From: an uncultured virus (IMG/VR IMGVR_UViG_3300025723_000018)
Taxonomy: Duplodnaviria; Heunggongvirae; Uroviricota; Caudoviricetes
Reading direction: 5' to 3' (one strand)
DNA length: 64,000 nucleotides
Virus record (IMG/VR): IMGVR_UViG_3300025723_000018
This document shows positions 33,601 through 40,611 of this stretch, piece by piece. Below the pieces are notes generated by a model. That model worked only from the letters and a program-made list of their open reading frames with translations, had not been told where the DNA came from and made no database searches. The stretch's first letter is position 1; every line of letters starts with the position of its first letter. Made by a program: the position numbers and the translations under genes.

Positions 33601-35007
33601 TCTATGTCCTTGTACTAGATCAACGCCGTCGATATTATAACCACTACTTCCTTCTATGGTTGAAAATACGTCTACTGTAAAATTATCAATTAAATCTACA
33701 TCTGTTATGGCTTGTGTACCAAAATTAAATAATTTTAAATCTGAAACAAATTCAATAATTGGTCGTGTTGCTCTAGCTTTTTGATCTAACTCAGGTGCAA
33801 TGTTGTTATAAGCACAACTTGCTTTAATTACATCTTGGTGGAACCAACGATTATATCTTGACCAAGGATTGTGATCTCGACTTGTTCTGTTAATAGTGAT
33901 ATAGTCTTGTACGCTGGCATAGCCAGTAGCATCACTAAATGGTTCAGATTCGAATGGTGTGCTATCAAATGCAGAAGTTTGTTCAATAGTATAAGGTGTG
34001 ATAATTTCTAAAACACTAGTTGGTACTAAACGTATTGCTGTACCTACACCATCAACATAATATTCACCTTTTCCGTAACTAGCAGGTGTAACATTACCAC
34101 CAAAACTTACTTTCATACCGTTACTAATAGCGGTACCGTCTGTTAATTTGTATGTTTGTTTTCCAAGAAAATCTTTTTCAACATCGATAAAGCTATTTTC
34201 ATCAATGCTAAAAACTTCAATACTACCACCAAGATTGATATCTGTTTCACTTTGATAATATAGTATACTTGGTGCATCTAGCGGCACAGTAAAAGTTATT
34301 GTTCCATCAGTTACCGCATAGTTATCAATGTTTCTATTAATATATCTATCAATGGAACCAATAGATCGAGATAATTTAATACTAAAAGGATTACCTGGAC
34401 TATTGATTACAAATGTATAAGTATGACCTTTATAAATTTTAAGTATTGGATCAGGTGTGAATCCATCAGGAGTAAACACATACTGATTATTTGCTCCTTC
34501 ATTTTGTAATTCTACAGAGATAGTACTAGAAATTTTTTCTTGCTGTCCATAAATTTTAATAACTTCTGGACCGTACGGCAACCAATAATAATTTTGAAAA
34601 TTAACGAACTTATCCCAATCGATATGCGGATCCCAACTGTAAAATTCTTGTGAATTTAAGCGTTGGTGACTCTTTGTATTACCGCCAAAGACGCCAATTT
34701 GATTAATATAGTCAATGTAATCTTTAAAGAATTTAACATTACCAAGACTATCTCTAATAGTAATACCTGGCTCTAGTTGATAATTTTGTCGTGTTGTATC
34801 TGCAGCTGAAATATAATTGTCAGTGCCTATAGCAGCTTTTGCATTTTCTCTTCCGATAAATCCGCTAGTTTTTGTAACACTACCTGGTTGGAATAACTGG
34901 TCTATTGTTGCTTGTAAAAACTTTTTATTTGCCGGAGTTTGAAAATACTTTGGTAATAAGTTTAAACTAGGGCTTGTGATACCTGTTGGGTTATTAGCAT
35001 TAGCCAT
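18625..35007 (-). CDS. Giant (5460 aa) baseplate wedge/structural protein in the gp7 position
   Basis: Uninterrupted 16.4-kb ORF directly after the gp6-like gene; LLPKYFQT...KFL N-terminus, VKPYRTK motif, GSGY..P.V.I repeats, FG-GAP-like repeats. Confidence 0.8.
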   Translation of the reverse strand: MANANNPTGITSPSLNLLPKYFQTPANKKFLQATIDQLFQPGSVTKTSGFIGRENAKAAIGTDNYISAADTTRQNYQLEPGITIRDSLGNVKFFKDYIDYINQIGVFGGNTKSHQRLNSQEFYSWDPHIDWDKFVNFQNYYWLPYGPEVIKIYGQQEKISSTISVELQNEGANNQYVFTPDGFTPDPILKIYKGHTYTFVINSPGNPFSIKLSRSIGSIDRYINRNIDNYAVTDGTITFTVPLDAPSILYYQSETDINLGGSIEVFSIDENSFIDVEKDFLGKQTYKLTDGTAISNGMKVSFGGNVTPASYGKGEYYVDGVGTAIRLVPTSVLEIITPYTIEQTSAFDSTPFESEPFSDATGYASVQDYITINRTSRDHNPWSRYNRWFHQDVIKASCAYNNIAPELDQKARATRPIIEFVSDLKLFNFGTQAITDVDLIDNFTVDVFSTIEGSSGYNIDGVDLVQGHRILVTADIDPLVVNKVYEVTFVDLRHLNSGSKQIHLVEAETPTVGQTAIIKSGKTYYSQMFWFNGTTWVEAQQKTNTNQAPLFDIVDNNGISYGDTSVYNGSTFKGTQLFSYKVGNSINDSVLGFPLSYQNVANIGDIVFNFNLATDSFQYKQTTNLITQKIDVGFLVGQDYAGRPMYQNGWQICNTKTVQAAVRIYKNSKITNNFNLDIFDDITNLSDLVVRIYVNGQRLNSTEWKLVDTTLYKKIVLNTAISLTDVLTIKAFAAQPINSNGYYEIPINLQNNPLNDSMADFTLGEVTDHVNTIVDNIDFIGAFPGESDLRDLGNITQYGTRFVQHSGPLSLSLYHITSENTNVIKAIETARDDYNNFKRNFLSIASNLGIDADPVTMVDLILQKINANKPNTAPYYFTDMVPYGAKLVTDLPVVDGRIKKYPLTTVFNLDTMSNKAVGVYLNQVQLVYGTDYTFDSQGFIDIIHSLVTGDTITTYEYESTDGCFIPSTPTKLGMWPKYEPKKYLDTTLLTPVNIIQGHDGSLVLAYNDYRDDIILELEKRIFNNIKVQYDPTIFDINDIIPSYNRTNDYSRVEFEQVLAPNFYKWTGLIGSDFTKPLSYDIGNPFTYNYKRSTGPTGGKIPGYWRGIYKYLLDTDRPNICPWEMLGFSIMPSWWISVYGPSPYTKDNLVMWQDISEGIIREPGKPLVYQTKYAKPFLMNCIPVDESGNLLNPTITGLANGPITPSVDGDYVFGDVAPVENAWRRSSYYPFSVIAASLLLTPAKTFGTLLDRSRIVRNLAGQLIYKDTGLRLRPMDIILPSIYSSENRVQTSGIINYVIDLILNYIFSNNLASYNSYETDLALMTAQLSYRVGAFTNQDQFNLLLESKTPMSTGNVFIPKEDYSIFLNTSSPVKKLTYSGVMITKLQTGYQVRGYSRTQPYFYYYDFQQSGSAINVGGISQTYSVWTPGQQYIVGSIVEYNNKYYRTVVANTESTFDTQYFQVLPGLPAVGGVDVIFRKIWDRSTLITVPYGTEFSSAQEVVDFLLGYGEYLKNQGFVFDDYNSNLESVLNWETSAKEFLFWSTQNWSTGQEKWSDWKPNQAISYGTILRYNGNYYSAITNIPPSAEFNADDFNKLDGLSAAGASVISLSPSAAAVTFTTTLTVVDDISNKFNNYEIFKVDGTSISPKQMDSYREGNTITYAPRTTDGIYSASFYLIQNEHVVTIKNTDIFNDVIYNPPSGYRRERIKVSGYVTTNWYGGLDIPGFIFDAASVDSWQPWQDYNMGDIILHQGHYYSANKFLAGSDTFVSSDWSVMSKTPSPVIMPNWTNLATQFTDFYSLEVDNFDSQQQKMAQHLIGYQKRQYLENIIQDDVSEFKFYQGMVREKGTQNVLNKLFNVLSSDNAESLMFYEEWALRVGQYGANRAFEDVEFVLDEGNFNSNPQAVALVQHYDSSINDFVIQQAAQDVYLKPAGYNSNPFPVFDDTNPYKPLLRSAGYVNPADVLLSLGTIDELTTQDITKFNNGDCVWVAFEGNSWNVYRYTDMNITVENAIYNPTLKQITISTKYLSGITAGMYIGISQVSQFSGFYKVESVNLNSFVISKTVNGWINPFVEQDRMVVFAMISQRTTSINNLDSVIKKDLLPGEIVWTDDAGSKSWGTWKYNPVYSEFLVNNSFPSDETNFGLRVSVNKKGDMLAVGDNRGNVVTYYRAQSNLSWAEKQLISAPTVSSISDNTPVSAIAFSPDGTWLAVGSKSAGSVSSSYKGEYNSSLDYGSNSIVKLGDSLYRTLTAIQHEYIVTDFSATTTSLGSGAIFDVVVVPTATRVIGDATVPTAGYYNVVIKYGGIGYAPGNKIKISGTQLGGISPDDDLTITIPTDGVTTTSSIKLNAAITISGSPSTLNNGILLAKTTPGVSGSVISGAGATLRIITPPYGYRIAPNSGALGGTRYSIGDTITVLGSQLGGVNVVNDFILTVSSVDQNGAISNFTVNGQPSWQQISYIPSEINRYGQLIESGYFSIGNTYEISVLGTTDWNYIANTTGVTYNVGDTFVARQSGKVLATDLQSGSTYVIIFQGTSNFLLAGASSNAIGTAFIADAPITGTGFVFNGTGVAIEQIKAYDSTTVGQGIVTLYKKNNDNFYSIVDTIISEDPVDNENFGATLVFGQDSLYVGALGGSSYDGLTNNVGRVYKLSYGVQKSVSATYNPVGSSGVTLVVSSTNPIPLYNVSPGMLVTGTGFISGQYVLQILSTTTLILSAPPTGTPDGTITFKTIDWGYNSFLAGTTVGDNFGRNIQVSADNSIIAISTEDGNGNGIVQIFKNGITLQPISGTDVSFGTSLSVSDDGVYIVVGDGTQNGTVNVYKFNGAEYGPTPYQTLVDHYSEIQGHFGNKVAFMNGGKTIAVYSQSGNASITTTFDSYAKTLENNQDNPYLSDTTSQATTPSTYDKNSTLFVQTQIGSGRVDIYDMYGDKWVFSESLQSADTSSDGYGIGFSAGDNTVVVGAPYATDQTHIQSGQVYSYVKPSDKYSWTLDKTSSLIPIVSRVKKAFLYNKNLGTLVSYLDTIDPLQGKIAGVADEEIKYKSFYDPAVYSDNPGSVNVNADNSSYWSKNQIGQLWWNLSTAKFVESYFDDVNYRNNSWNKLAPGASIDIYEWVESKLLPAQWDAQADTPAGLALGISGTSLYGNNVYSVRQQYNNLTKAFVKTYYFWVKNKSVVPHVPGRNITALDVASLIANPRGQSYSYLSLLGPDSFSLTNTRQYLKDKDVVLAVEYWLTNKTDQNIHSQWKLISNDPIVDLPLTLEQKWFDSLCGVDSAGRGVPDLTQPPKLRYGVENRPRQSMFVNRIEALKEFVERTNRTLILNQISENYNISALESYDTPPTVISGLYDNTLDTDAELPYLNITSFRKAILNPVITNGTITSIDITFAGSGYLIAPTVTIDSPGKNAVLKTTINSLGQITNVSVVSGGFGYDISNTTLTVRTYCVLVKSDSVANNNWSIYAYDTTSKIWSRILTQAYDVRNYWNYVDWYATGYSQYSAPDHAVDTFVGLNTLQSKIGELVKVRTVNAGGWLLLEKYANSTSVDWTQSYNIVGIQNGTIQLSTKLYNFESTNIGYDSDIFDGGSFDVVASTELRIILNTIKENIFIGNLKQNYLDLFIAAIHYAHSEQVYIDWAFKTSFVRATHNVGKLDQPVNYPVDNIANFEDYVSEVKPYRTKLREYISNYTGLEVGQSAITDFDLQPVYSNNKVVPVDTIFDGTGVSSNNSVIQTYPWKFWNDNLGFVVTDLVIISGGSNYITPPQVIITSESGSGATAQAFIVNGAVSRIVLTNPGTGYLSTPTVTISGGLGPIGISARVIAVIGKGVVRGSLIGIKFDRTDYTYYNTVLQKTQTFTGSGSRLQWALTWAPDTRIGQNTVTINGIPALRENYKLSVIKAKYNGYTHYTGVITFLTPPSNQSIIVVTYKINQSLLNAVDRIQYYYNPTSGQLGKDLTQLLTGTDYGGVQVNGLGFNSIHGWDSNPFGTDTWDNFDSNYTDYFVTATADQLRSFTLPYQLNPGTEINVYHAASTEDRTTISALNSNQIKFEYNILATTVVVTSVVTKTAAGPTTTYNPVGSYYTTLTVSDATGILIGMAVVGTGFTSGQTVTYVDYTNKTLTLSKAPDSTPTGVLTFTYNYAGSNKLTLNSVDGINLGDVVTSDAVSVFAYDTVVENIDTNTNTITLGTPDSSTTLNANNISGDGHTVTITFDTQKYVPFESGTTIIVTGFIPNSYNGIYKVTNASFNFVSFTSLLQAPSTTIGTVSLILNSVIFKDPAQINNYYPIVNGNSIQFTKLLKDTIDMVVNNDGTVVLLSYVPAIGAEIVITGKTSPVRLDDPKFGTVDQKNSKAKMQTPFPVFSVTVTSPGRYTQLPAITFSDSDLNAPSYTASATPIMKAVDVSYNGNNLGTGYTVGDILVATPQYGPANVTMINSSIVNSTLVVGTITSGEIYPGMILTGSGIAQFDSLISTGIRGDGTIATITFATRASIPFALGQYTEVSGFPNGFNGKYIVTDVTDHSVSYENTTVLSQTFVVGTVSSVDITYITGLDPSSHGTGNGSFWTLNRKLTTASTTITGSSAVILQVTRTASFTEIGPIDELQILSSTIYEGGVDEASQSLMGGTGQNATITLVYGVDSVVLANPGSGYLNNPTITFEQGIETATATATIRQVVNSSTANTVVTISDSYPVTVGDEFVIRQASSDGSVAPADQDYDTSITGGDLAYTTATGILADDIIIDGDGLVTPTSSPAPEEVMPGQVVDTLAIKVYDQTYNAGAKVKIDNYVGDGSLLTFAYSQLLNNPGAIVVKVDNVIKVAGVDYNVSFNQNRIVFVQPPAANKIISIFTIGINGQNILDGDYFICDGITSEFITRAKWLDTVSSVIYLNGVLVNPILFKTDNTYSLGGMIGLRFSVTPAAGSVINYIIVASAIQTVAVTQTELLPLYAIPQNTFKLDNPVGVGLPAESNMIVIVDNTVLEAPANSYFTITSDTLAYTISADQFTLNAVQYSDVRVYIDKKLIALNKEYVVDLTGLTVTLRKKIRDKNIGKQLVVSIRTNAEYSYDSTTGDLTLNNSYDSSHKIQVLTSYNHDILDLERTTVNISSLVSSIPGSVDYYRYQDATRGIINLNHTVPDEEYAWIIQNGRLLTPLIDYQMLSNHQSVQLTVPPAPTDKISVLLFNNNVPQPGISYMQFKDMLNRTVYKRLALNRHTLLAQELNWYDTQIVVKDGTVLTTPNPSTNKPGVIEIAGERIEYFKKDLNILSQLRRGTLGTGVRSYSNVGTSVQDIGTDSTIPYSDITDVRPIISDGVTTTFNLDLGFTLDPTFTDYNSLFEVFVGGQDDLRRLKKYDYVHYNPTLAPYSPTIPISDTDPVGTIKDGDEKFAKEFVVSNVTTAGSVITLANVVTQGTQITIIRKSGQSWDGDHSANPVNILNDVSNIASFLKATPGIWYTGFNNNRKLTIDSSKVTFDSGNVTLDKG

Positions 35008-38000
35008 TAGTTACTCCGTAGTTTGCGCTGATAATATTTTGACTAGTTGTAAATGAGTTCAAAGCTGTACCTGTTACTGTTTTTAAATTTGTGTTAGTTA
35101 ATCCTGATACAATTACAATATTAGATGTAGTTGCACAGCTAACAAATATTTGATTGCTTGGACACTGAATTTCAAACAAACTACCAAAGTATTGATTAGT
35201 TTGTACTGGAACAATTACAAAATTTATAACATCGGGTGCTAGTTGATTGATAATGTACGTGCTTAGTTCTGAAAAATAAAATGTGTCTCCAAAGTTCCAA
35301 TTTTCAAGGGCAAAGAATGTGTTTATTGCAGATAACACACGGGCTTGAATGTCAGCATTTGATACAGCACTATTTGGATTTACCATAACATTAAACGTTG
35401 CTTGTAAACTAGGATCGGCAGCTGGTCCAAATAAAAGTTTATATGTAACTGGATGATAAATTATTTCGTCGCTGATAGATTTAATTAAATTAAGAGTTGG
35501 ACTTAATAAATTGTTTAGCTCATCGCTGCTTGGAGGTAGCGGTTCAGTAACATTGCTGCCAACTAGCCATTGTCTAAACTGTGAATCATAATCTGACGTC
35601 AACACATATACATCCATAATATTACTTGAACCTGGATCTATACGACTATCATAATCTGCACTATGAACATATTGGAATTTTAATTTGTCGCGGCCGGTGT
35701 ATACTTTATAATCTAAAGTTGGAATAGGATTAACAGATGTTGAAGTATACTGCGTAACTACTTGTGTATCAGTAAAATACAAATACTGACCGTCTATTAA
35801 ATTTAAATCGCTAAAGCCTGTAGAAGTTGTAAAAATTACGGGTCCAACATTTAGATCGGTTGGGTTATTATAAACATACTTGTAATCTTCTTGGCCATTA
35901 CTAATAGAATATTTTTGTTGAACAATATATGTATTATTAACAATGTCAGTAAACAATTGAGGATTGTCTACTACACCATTATTATTAGTATCAGCAAAAC
36001 TAATAACAATCTTAGTAGGATCTATATATCCATCTTGCCCTACATATTCGCTAACAACTTGCCAAGAAATATCTTCTGTATAAGGTTTATTTAAATTTAA
36101 AGAGTCAGGATTTACACTTAAAACTTTAATAGTATCGGTAATAGTATTACTTGAAATAGTATCATAAATTTTAACATTAGTGTCAAAGTAGAAAGTTACA
36201 TCTTGATCACTTTCAAATACATATCGTAACTGACGACTAGTAACTGTATAATATTCGTTATTAGTATCAAATAACAAGAACCAGCTAGAGTCGAGATTTA
36301 AAGCAGATGTATTACCTTGATTAGCAAGACTAAATGGACCAGTCTTGTTTAGGCTTTGTTCAAAAATAATTTGCCAACTTTGTGTAGACACATCGTAGCG
36401 TAATCCAAATGGTTTATTTTCTAAAATTAAATCTACCATAGTTGTAATTACAGAACTACTGATAGTTGTAGTAAATTTAGGAATAATTTGATTAGCAATT
36501 GGCGCGGCTTCCACTGTGCCATCAGCATAATATCGTGTTGGTATACTACGATTTAATACAATCGGTCCATTGCCAGCTACAGTTTTTCCAGTACCGTTTC
36601 CAGTACCGTCTTCTGATACACTAACTACTTCTGCCCAGATATAGAACGAAGTTCCTGTTGGGTTAGAAGGAGATTGATTTGGTTTTAATTTGTTACCGTC
36701 ATTTTTATCAAAGTGATAACCAGTTGGTGCTGTAAATTTGATTAAACTTTGTGGAGTAAGATAGCGCAAATCAGTATAAGTGAAAGATGAAACTTTATAA
36801 GGATTATTAAAAGTACCGATATAACCACTGCTGGTGTTGCTATCAGTAGTCACACTATACCAGGATACATTTAAACTACTTGTTAAAAAATCAACGAAAT
36901 TTGTATAATAAAAATCTCTTAGACTTGGTGTGTTTAAAATATCATAAATTGTATTGTATATAACACCTTGAATATCAGATTGTGTTACATAGGTAAAGTT
37001 TACACTAGTGGTAAAAGGTTCTCTATATAAAATACCATCATCGGCAAATATATTAGTACTAGAATATTTTCCTGTAGGATCTACTAAGTCAAAATATCGA
37101 CTAATACCGCTACTTGTTCTATTGACAGCTTTTACTTTTGCTACTTTTGTAGTTGCACTTAGAGGATTAATATTATAATCCTCACCTGTAATCATTCTAT
37201 TTTGTGTATAGTATGTTTGAGGAGCATTAGTTTTAACACTAGCGTTAGTTTCAGTTGTTGCAGCATTAGATACTGTTGTGGCTAAACTCAAACTAACTGA
37301 TAATGTTTCTGCTTTATTACTTTGACTGATATAAGGAATGTTTATAATAACATTAATAATATCGCCAGGATTGATAGAATATGTTAAGCCGTTGCTAACT
37401 CGATAATAAATTCTAAAATTACCAAGAGGCAAATTACCAAATGTACCATCACTAAAACTTAAACTGATAGCATCGCTGGCTCTTGTAATTACACTATAAA
37501 TGTCCTTCACACTACTGTTCAAGCTATTATAGATAATGTTATTGCCTGTTAATGCGGGCACTTGAGTCCATAATGTGCTTTCAAGATTTGTTGATTGATT
37601 TAAACCGTACAACCATACATCTGAATTATTAATATTTTGAGTATTAATATCAATTACTTGATTACTAGTTGGTACTGAAACATTAAATGTTCCTTGATTT
37701 AATATACCTTGTGTAAAATTAAAGAAGAAACCTGTGCCTGGACTTCCGGCTCCGTGACCGTCATCTCTATAAACACAGGCAATGCTGTTGCCAATCTTTG
37801 GTGGTTCTTCGTAAATGTACGGCTGTCCTTTAAATGTAGTACTTGTAATTTCAAATACCATATTGCGGCCAGCAATAGTTTTAGTAAAAGTATAAATTGG
37901 AATATCTGTGTTGTTAGCGTTAAATCTATACTGAGCGGTTGGCACTCCGTAAATCGTTGCTTGATCCACAGGACTTCCAAATTGCTGTGTTTGTGGAAGG

Positions 38001-38488
38001 GCAGCATTTATAACTTTGATAAATTGATCGTACCAGTTAGCGTTAGCTGGATCATTCCAACTGATAAACTGTCCTGCTAAATTACGACCGTTGCTATCGT
38101 ATAATACTTCTGTCGTTTGAACGGTGTTTACTTTTAATAAGCCTTTGGCGGCTGTGTTTCTACGGGCATTATAACTGATTAAACGTGCTAAACGTAATAC
38201 ACTATCACGACGTTCTGCTAGCTCTAAGAAGTTTTCACGGGCATTTAAGTCAACTCTGAAAGCTATGCTTTGGCCCACGAACGCTATAAGATCGATAAGG
38301 GCAAGGTATTCACTTGACTCAATGTAATCGTTAAAATCTTCAGGAAAATTAGTACGGATATAGTCAATCATTGTACGACGCAAGTTATCAAAATCGTAAC
38401 TTTGGAAGTCTGCGTTCTTAAATGATTGATAAATTTTCTGCCAGTCTTCGCTGACTAACAGGTTGTTTAGTCTATCCGTTGAGCTCAT
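35000..38488 (-). CDS. Baseplate wedge subunit, T4 gp6-like
   Basis: DFDNLR..MIDY, FNDYIESS..ALID..A, ENFLELAERRDSVLRLA..ISY, QNRMITGEDY motifs; follows the gp25-like gene. Confidence 0.85.
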   Translation of the reverse strand: MSSTDRLNNLLVSEDWQKIYQSFKNADFQSYDFDNLRRTMIDYIRTNFPEDFNDYIESSEYLALIDLIAFVGQSIAFRVDLNARENFLELAERRDSVLRLARLISYNARRNTAAKGLLKVNTVQTTEVLYDSNGRNLAGQFISWNDPANANWYDQFIKVINAALPQTQQFGSPVDQATIYGVPTAQYRFNANNTDIPIYTFTKTIAGRNMVFEITSTTFKGQPYIYEEPPKIGNSIACVYRDDGHGAGSPGTGFFFNFTQGILNQGTFNVSVPTSNQVIDINTQNINNSDVWLYGLNQSTNLESTLWTQVPALTGNNIIYNSLNSSVKDIYSVITRASDAISLSFSDGTFGNLPLGNFRIYYRVSNGLTYSINPGDIINVIINIPYISQSNKAETLSVSLSLATTVSNAATTETNASVKTNAPQTYYTQNRMITGEDYNINPLSATTKVAKVKAVNRTSSGISRYFDLVDPTGKYSSTNIFADDGILYREPFTTSVNFTYVTQSDIQGVIYNTIYDILNTPSLRDFYYTNFVDFLTSSLNVSWYSVTTDSNTSSGYIGTFNNPYKVSSFTYTDLRYLTPQSLIKFTAPTGYHFDKNDGNKLKPNQSPSNPTGTSFYIWAEVVSVSEDGTGNGTGKTVAGNGPIVLNRSIPTRYYADGTVEAAPIANQIIPKFTTTISSSVITTMVDLILENKPFGLRYDVSTQSWQIIFEQSLNKTGPFSLANQGNTSALNLDSSWFLLFDTNNEYYTVTSRQLRYVFESDQDVTFYFDTNVKIYDTISSNTITDTIKVLSVNPDSLNLNKPYTEDISWQVVSEYVGQDGYIDPTKIVISFADTNNNGVVDNPQLFTDIVNNTYIVQQKYSISNGQEDYKYVYNNPTDLNVGPVIFTTSTGFSDLNLIDGQYLYFTDTQVVTQYTSTSVNPIPTLDYKVYTGRDKLKFQYVHSADYDSRIDPGSSNIMDVYVLTSDYDSQFRQWLVGSNVTEPLPPSSDELNNLLSPTLNLIKSISDEIIYHPVTYKLLFGPAADPSLQATFNVMVNPNSAVSNADIQARVLSAINTFFALENWNFGDTFYFSELSTYIINQLAPDVINFVIVPVQTNQYFGSLFEIQCPSNQIFVSCATTSNIVIVSGLTNTNLKTVTGTALNSFTTSQNIISANYGVTNG

Positions 38489-38535
38489 AATATGTCCTAA
38501 TAATGATATTTATCGAATAAAATTATGTGGGTAGT

Positions 38536-38976
38536 TTATTGTGTAAGTAACAATCCGTTGTCTTGATCGAACTTTAATTGTAAGGCTTCCTGCAAATTAT
38601 ACAGCAAATATGTTAGTGTACATTGTATTTGTAGGCCTTGATCGTAGGGTGTAATCACAATATTTCCTGCTTGCACACGAGGATCACTATTAAAAATCTG
38701 ATTAACATTTTGTAGTATAAGATTCTTTATTTCTTCTGTTAAAGGCTCAAATAATACGTCCCAAATAATGGTTCCGTAAGTTGGATTCATTAAACGTTCG
38801 CCCTGTCTGACATAAAAATGATTTAATAAGTCTTGTTTAATTAATTCAAAATCATATAAGGCAAAATTTTTAGTGGCGGTGCTTACTGTACTGAATCCCC
38901 TATAACGCTGTACTGTACGTTGAGGAGTAGTTTTAGTTTGCTCTATGGTTGTTCTAGTGTGTAAACTTGTAGCCAT
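38536..38976 (-). CDS. Baseplate wedge subunit, gp25-like
   Basis: LIKQDLLNHF..RQGER.MNP.YG..IWD.LFEP...DPRV. Confidence 0.88.
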   Translation of the reverse strand: MATSLHTRTTIEQTKTTPQRTVQRYRGFSTVSTATKNFALYDFELIKQDLLNHFYVRQGERLMNPTYGTIIWDVLFEPLTEEIKNLILQNVNQIFNSDPRVQAGNIVITPYDQGLQIQCTLTYLLYNLQEALQLKFDQDNGLLLTQ

Positions 38977-38977
38977 A

Positions 38978-40609
38978 TTAATTTCCTTTTAAGAATGTGT
39001 CCATTGATAGCGAATATGTTTTCCAAGCATCAGGCACCGGAATAGCTGTAGCAGCTTCTCTATCAGTAGCACTAGGTTTAAACATCGTAGCATCTAAATT
39101 TTCATGATGTGGATAAGGTTCAGCTGTTGGAATACGAGCTAAAATACTAGTAATAGTAGTTCCATCAACATCTGTTGGATTATCTATTGTAGGCAATGGG
39201 TCTGGAGCGGTTGCTGCAGATGCAGATCCTGCTGTTGCAGCTGCAGGGCCGTTAAAATTAATATTGCCGCCTGATATAGTAGTATTGGCGGCGGAAATCG
39301 CCATATCGCCGCCTGATGTAAGTTTGTTTGCTCCGCTAGTATTAACATCTAAACCGCCACCAATAGTCATATTAGTTTGTCCGCCAGTAGTAACATCCCA
39401 TGTTGCTCCAAAAGATTCTTTTACAGCACCTGAAATAGTTTCATCTTGTGTGCCATCTACTTGTATAGCAACATTACCGTTTACAATACAAATTTTATTT
39501 TTACCAACTTCAGTTTGGTGTCTTTCGGCAACTTTAAGATTAAAATTACGACCTGCTTCCATGTTAATATCACGGTCAGCATAAAAGTTTAAATCATTAC
39601 CAGTATGTACACTAATGCTATCCTGAGCATAAATGTCTATCTTGCCATCGCTAGTTAATTCTATCCAACTAGTTCCACGACTATTACCAATATAAATCAA
39701 ATCTTCTGTGTTATGCAATAAAATTTGATGACCTGTTCGAGTTCGAATTCTAATTAATTCATTAGCCGGTAGTCCTACATCACCGTCAGTTTCACTTGCA
39801 TCAATACTGGCATAATCTGGTGGTCCGTCTGTGGGCGCGGTTTTTCTTAACCAGTTTGCATCACCGTCATCCATGACAAAAGAACTTCCGCCAAGTCTAC
39901 TAATAAATGTATCTGCTAACCACTCGGCTTTACCGCTTTTAACTTTTTTTCCTTTTTTATCCAACGGACCTGGAGTACTAATACCAAATACATTACTAGG
40001 ACTTTCACGTCTAGCACTACTTGTTGTAATACCCCTAGTGTCATCTAACACTAAACCTTGATGTGTTAACATTTTAGTAAAAGGATGTTCTGGTTTAAAA
40101 TTCTTATCAGGATCGCCTGGACTATTGTTGTCTTCTATTTTTTTATTATATTCTGCTGCAGGAACACGACCATTGCGACCTTGATTATCTGGATCTGGAT
40201 TTTCAACTACACTTTCAGTGGCCGCAATCCCAGGAACCATAAAATTCATATTTTCATCTTGAACACAACCAATCCAATAACCGCGTTTAGGATCACCGTC
40301 AATAAAAATAACAACTACAGTAACACCAACATCAGGTGGCACCATCCACATACCATAACTTTTTTGTGTGTCAGCAAAGTCGTTGTTTTCACCGTTAGCT
40401 TGTACACTAGTGACTCCGTAAAACGGACTCATATATTTTACTTGATGTAACTGACTTTCACTAGATGATCCGCCAACTGGTTTTAGAATTTCAACTTCTA
40501 ATATACCCATGTATGTTGGATCAAGATTGCTGACAACTCTGGCAAGGAACGGCCCAGGCTTTGGCGTTTTAGGGGATGCCGAGTACTCTTCGTATTCATG
40601 TTCAGCCAT
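38978..40609 (-). CDS. Baseplate central spike, gp5/VgrG-like (OB fold plus beta-helix; no lysozyme domain seen)
   Basis: DP..MG.LEV, PPDVG..V.V.FIDGD....YWIG, RTRTGHQI, C-terminal beta-helix repeats. Confidence 0.8.
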   Translation of the reverse strand: MAEHEYEEYSASPKTPKPGPFLARVVSNLDPTYMGILEVEILKPVGGSSSESQLHQVKYMSPFYGVTSVQANGENNDFADTQKSYGMWMVPPDVGVTVVVIFIDGDPKRGYWIGCVQDENMNFMVPGIAATESVVENPDPDNQGRNGRVPAAEYNKKIEDNNSPGDPDKNFKPEHPFTKMLTHQGLVLDDTRGITTSSARRESPSNVFGISTPGPLDKKGKKVKSGKAEWLADTFISRLGGSSFVMDDGDANWLRKTAPTDGPPDYASIDASETDGDVGLPANELIRIRTRTGHQILLHNTEDLIYIGNSRGTSWIELTSDGKIDIYAQDSISVHTGNDLNFYADRDINMEAGRNFNLKVAERHQTEVGKNKICIVNGNVAIQVDGTQDETISGAVKESFGATWDVTTGGQTNMTIGGGLDVNTSGANKLTSGGDMAISAANTTISGGNINFNGPAAATAGSASAATAPDPLPTIDNPTDVDGTTITSILARIPTAEPYPHHENLDATMFKPSATDREAATAIPVPDAWKTYSLSMDTFLKGN

Positions 40610-40611
40610 TT

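Noticed and set aside
38978..40609. Lysozyme domain in the gp5-like spike
   Set aside because: No T4-lysozyme catalytic motif is recognisable between the OB fold and the beta-helix.
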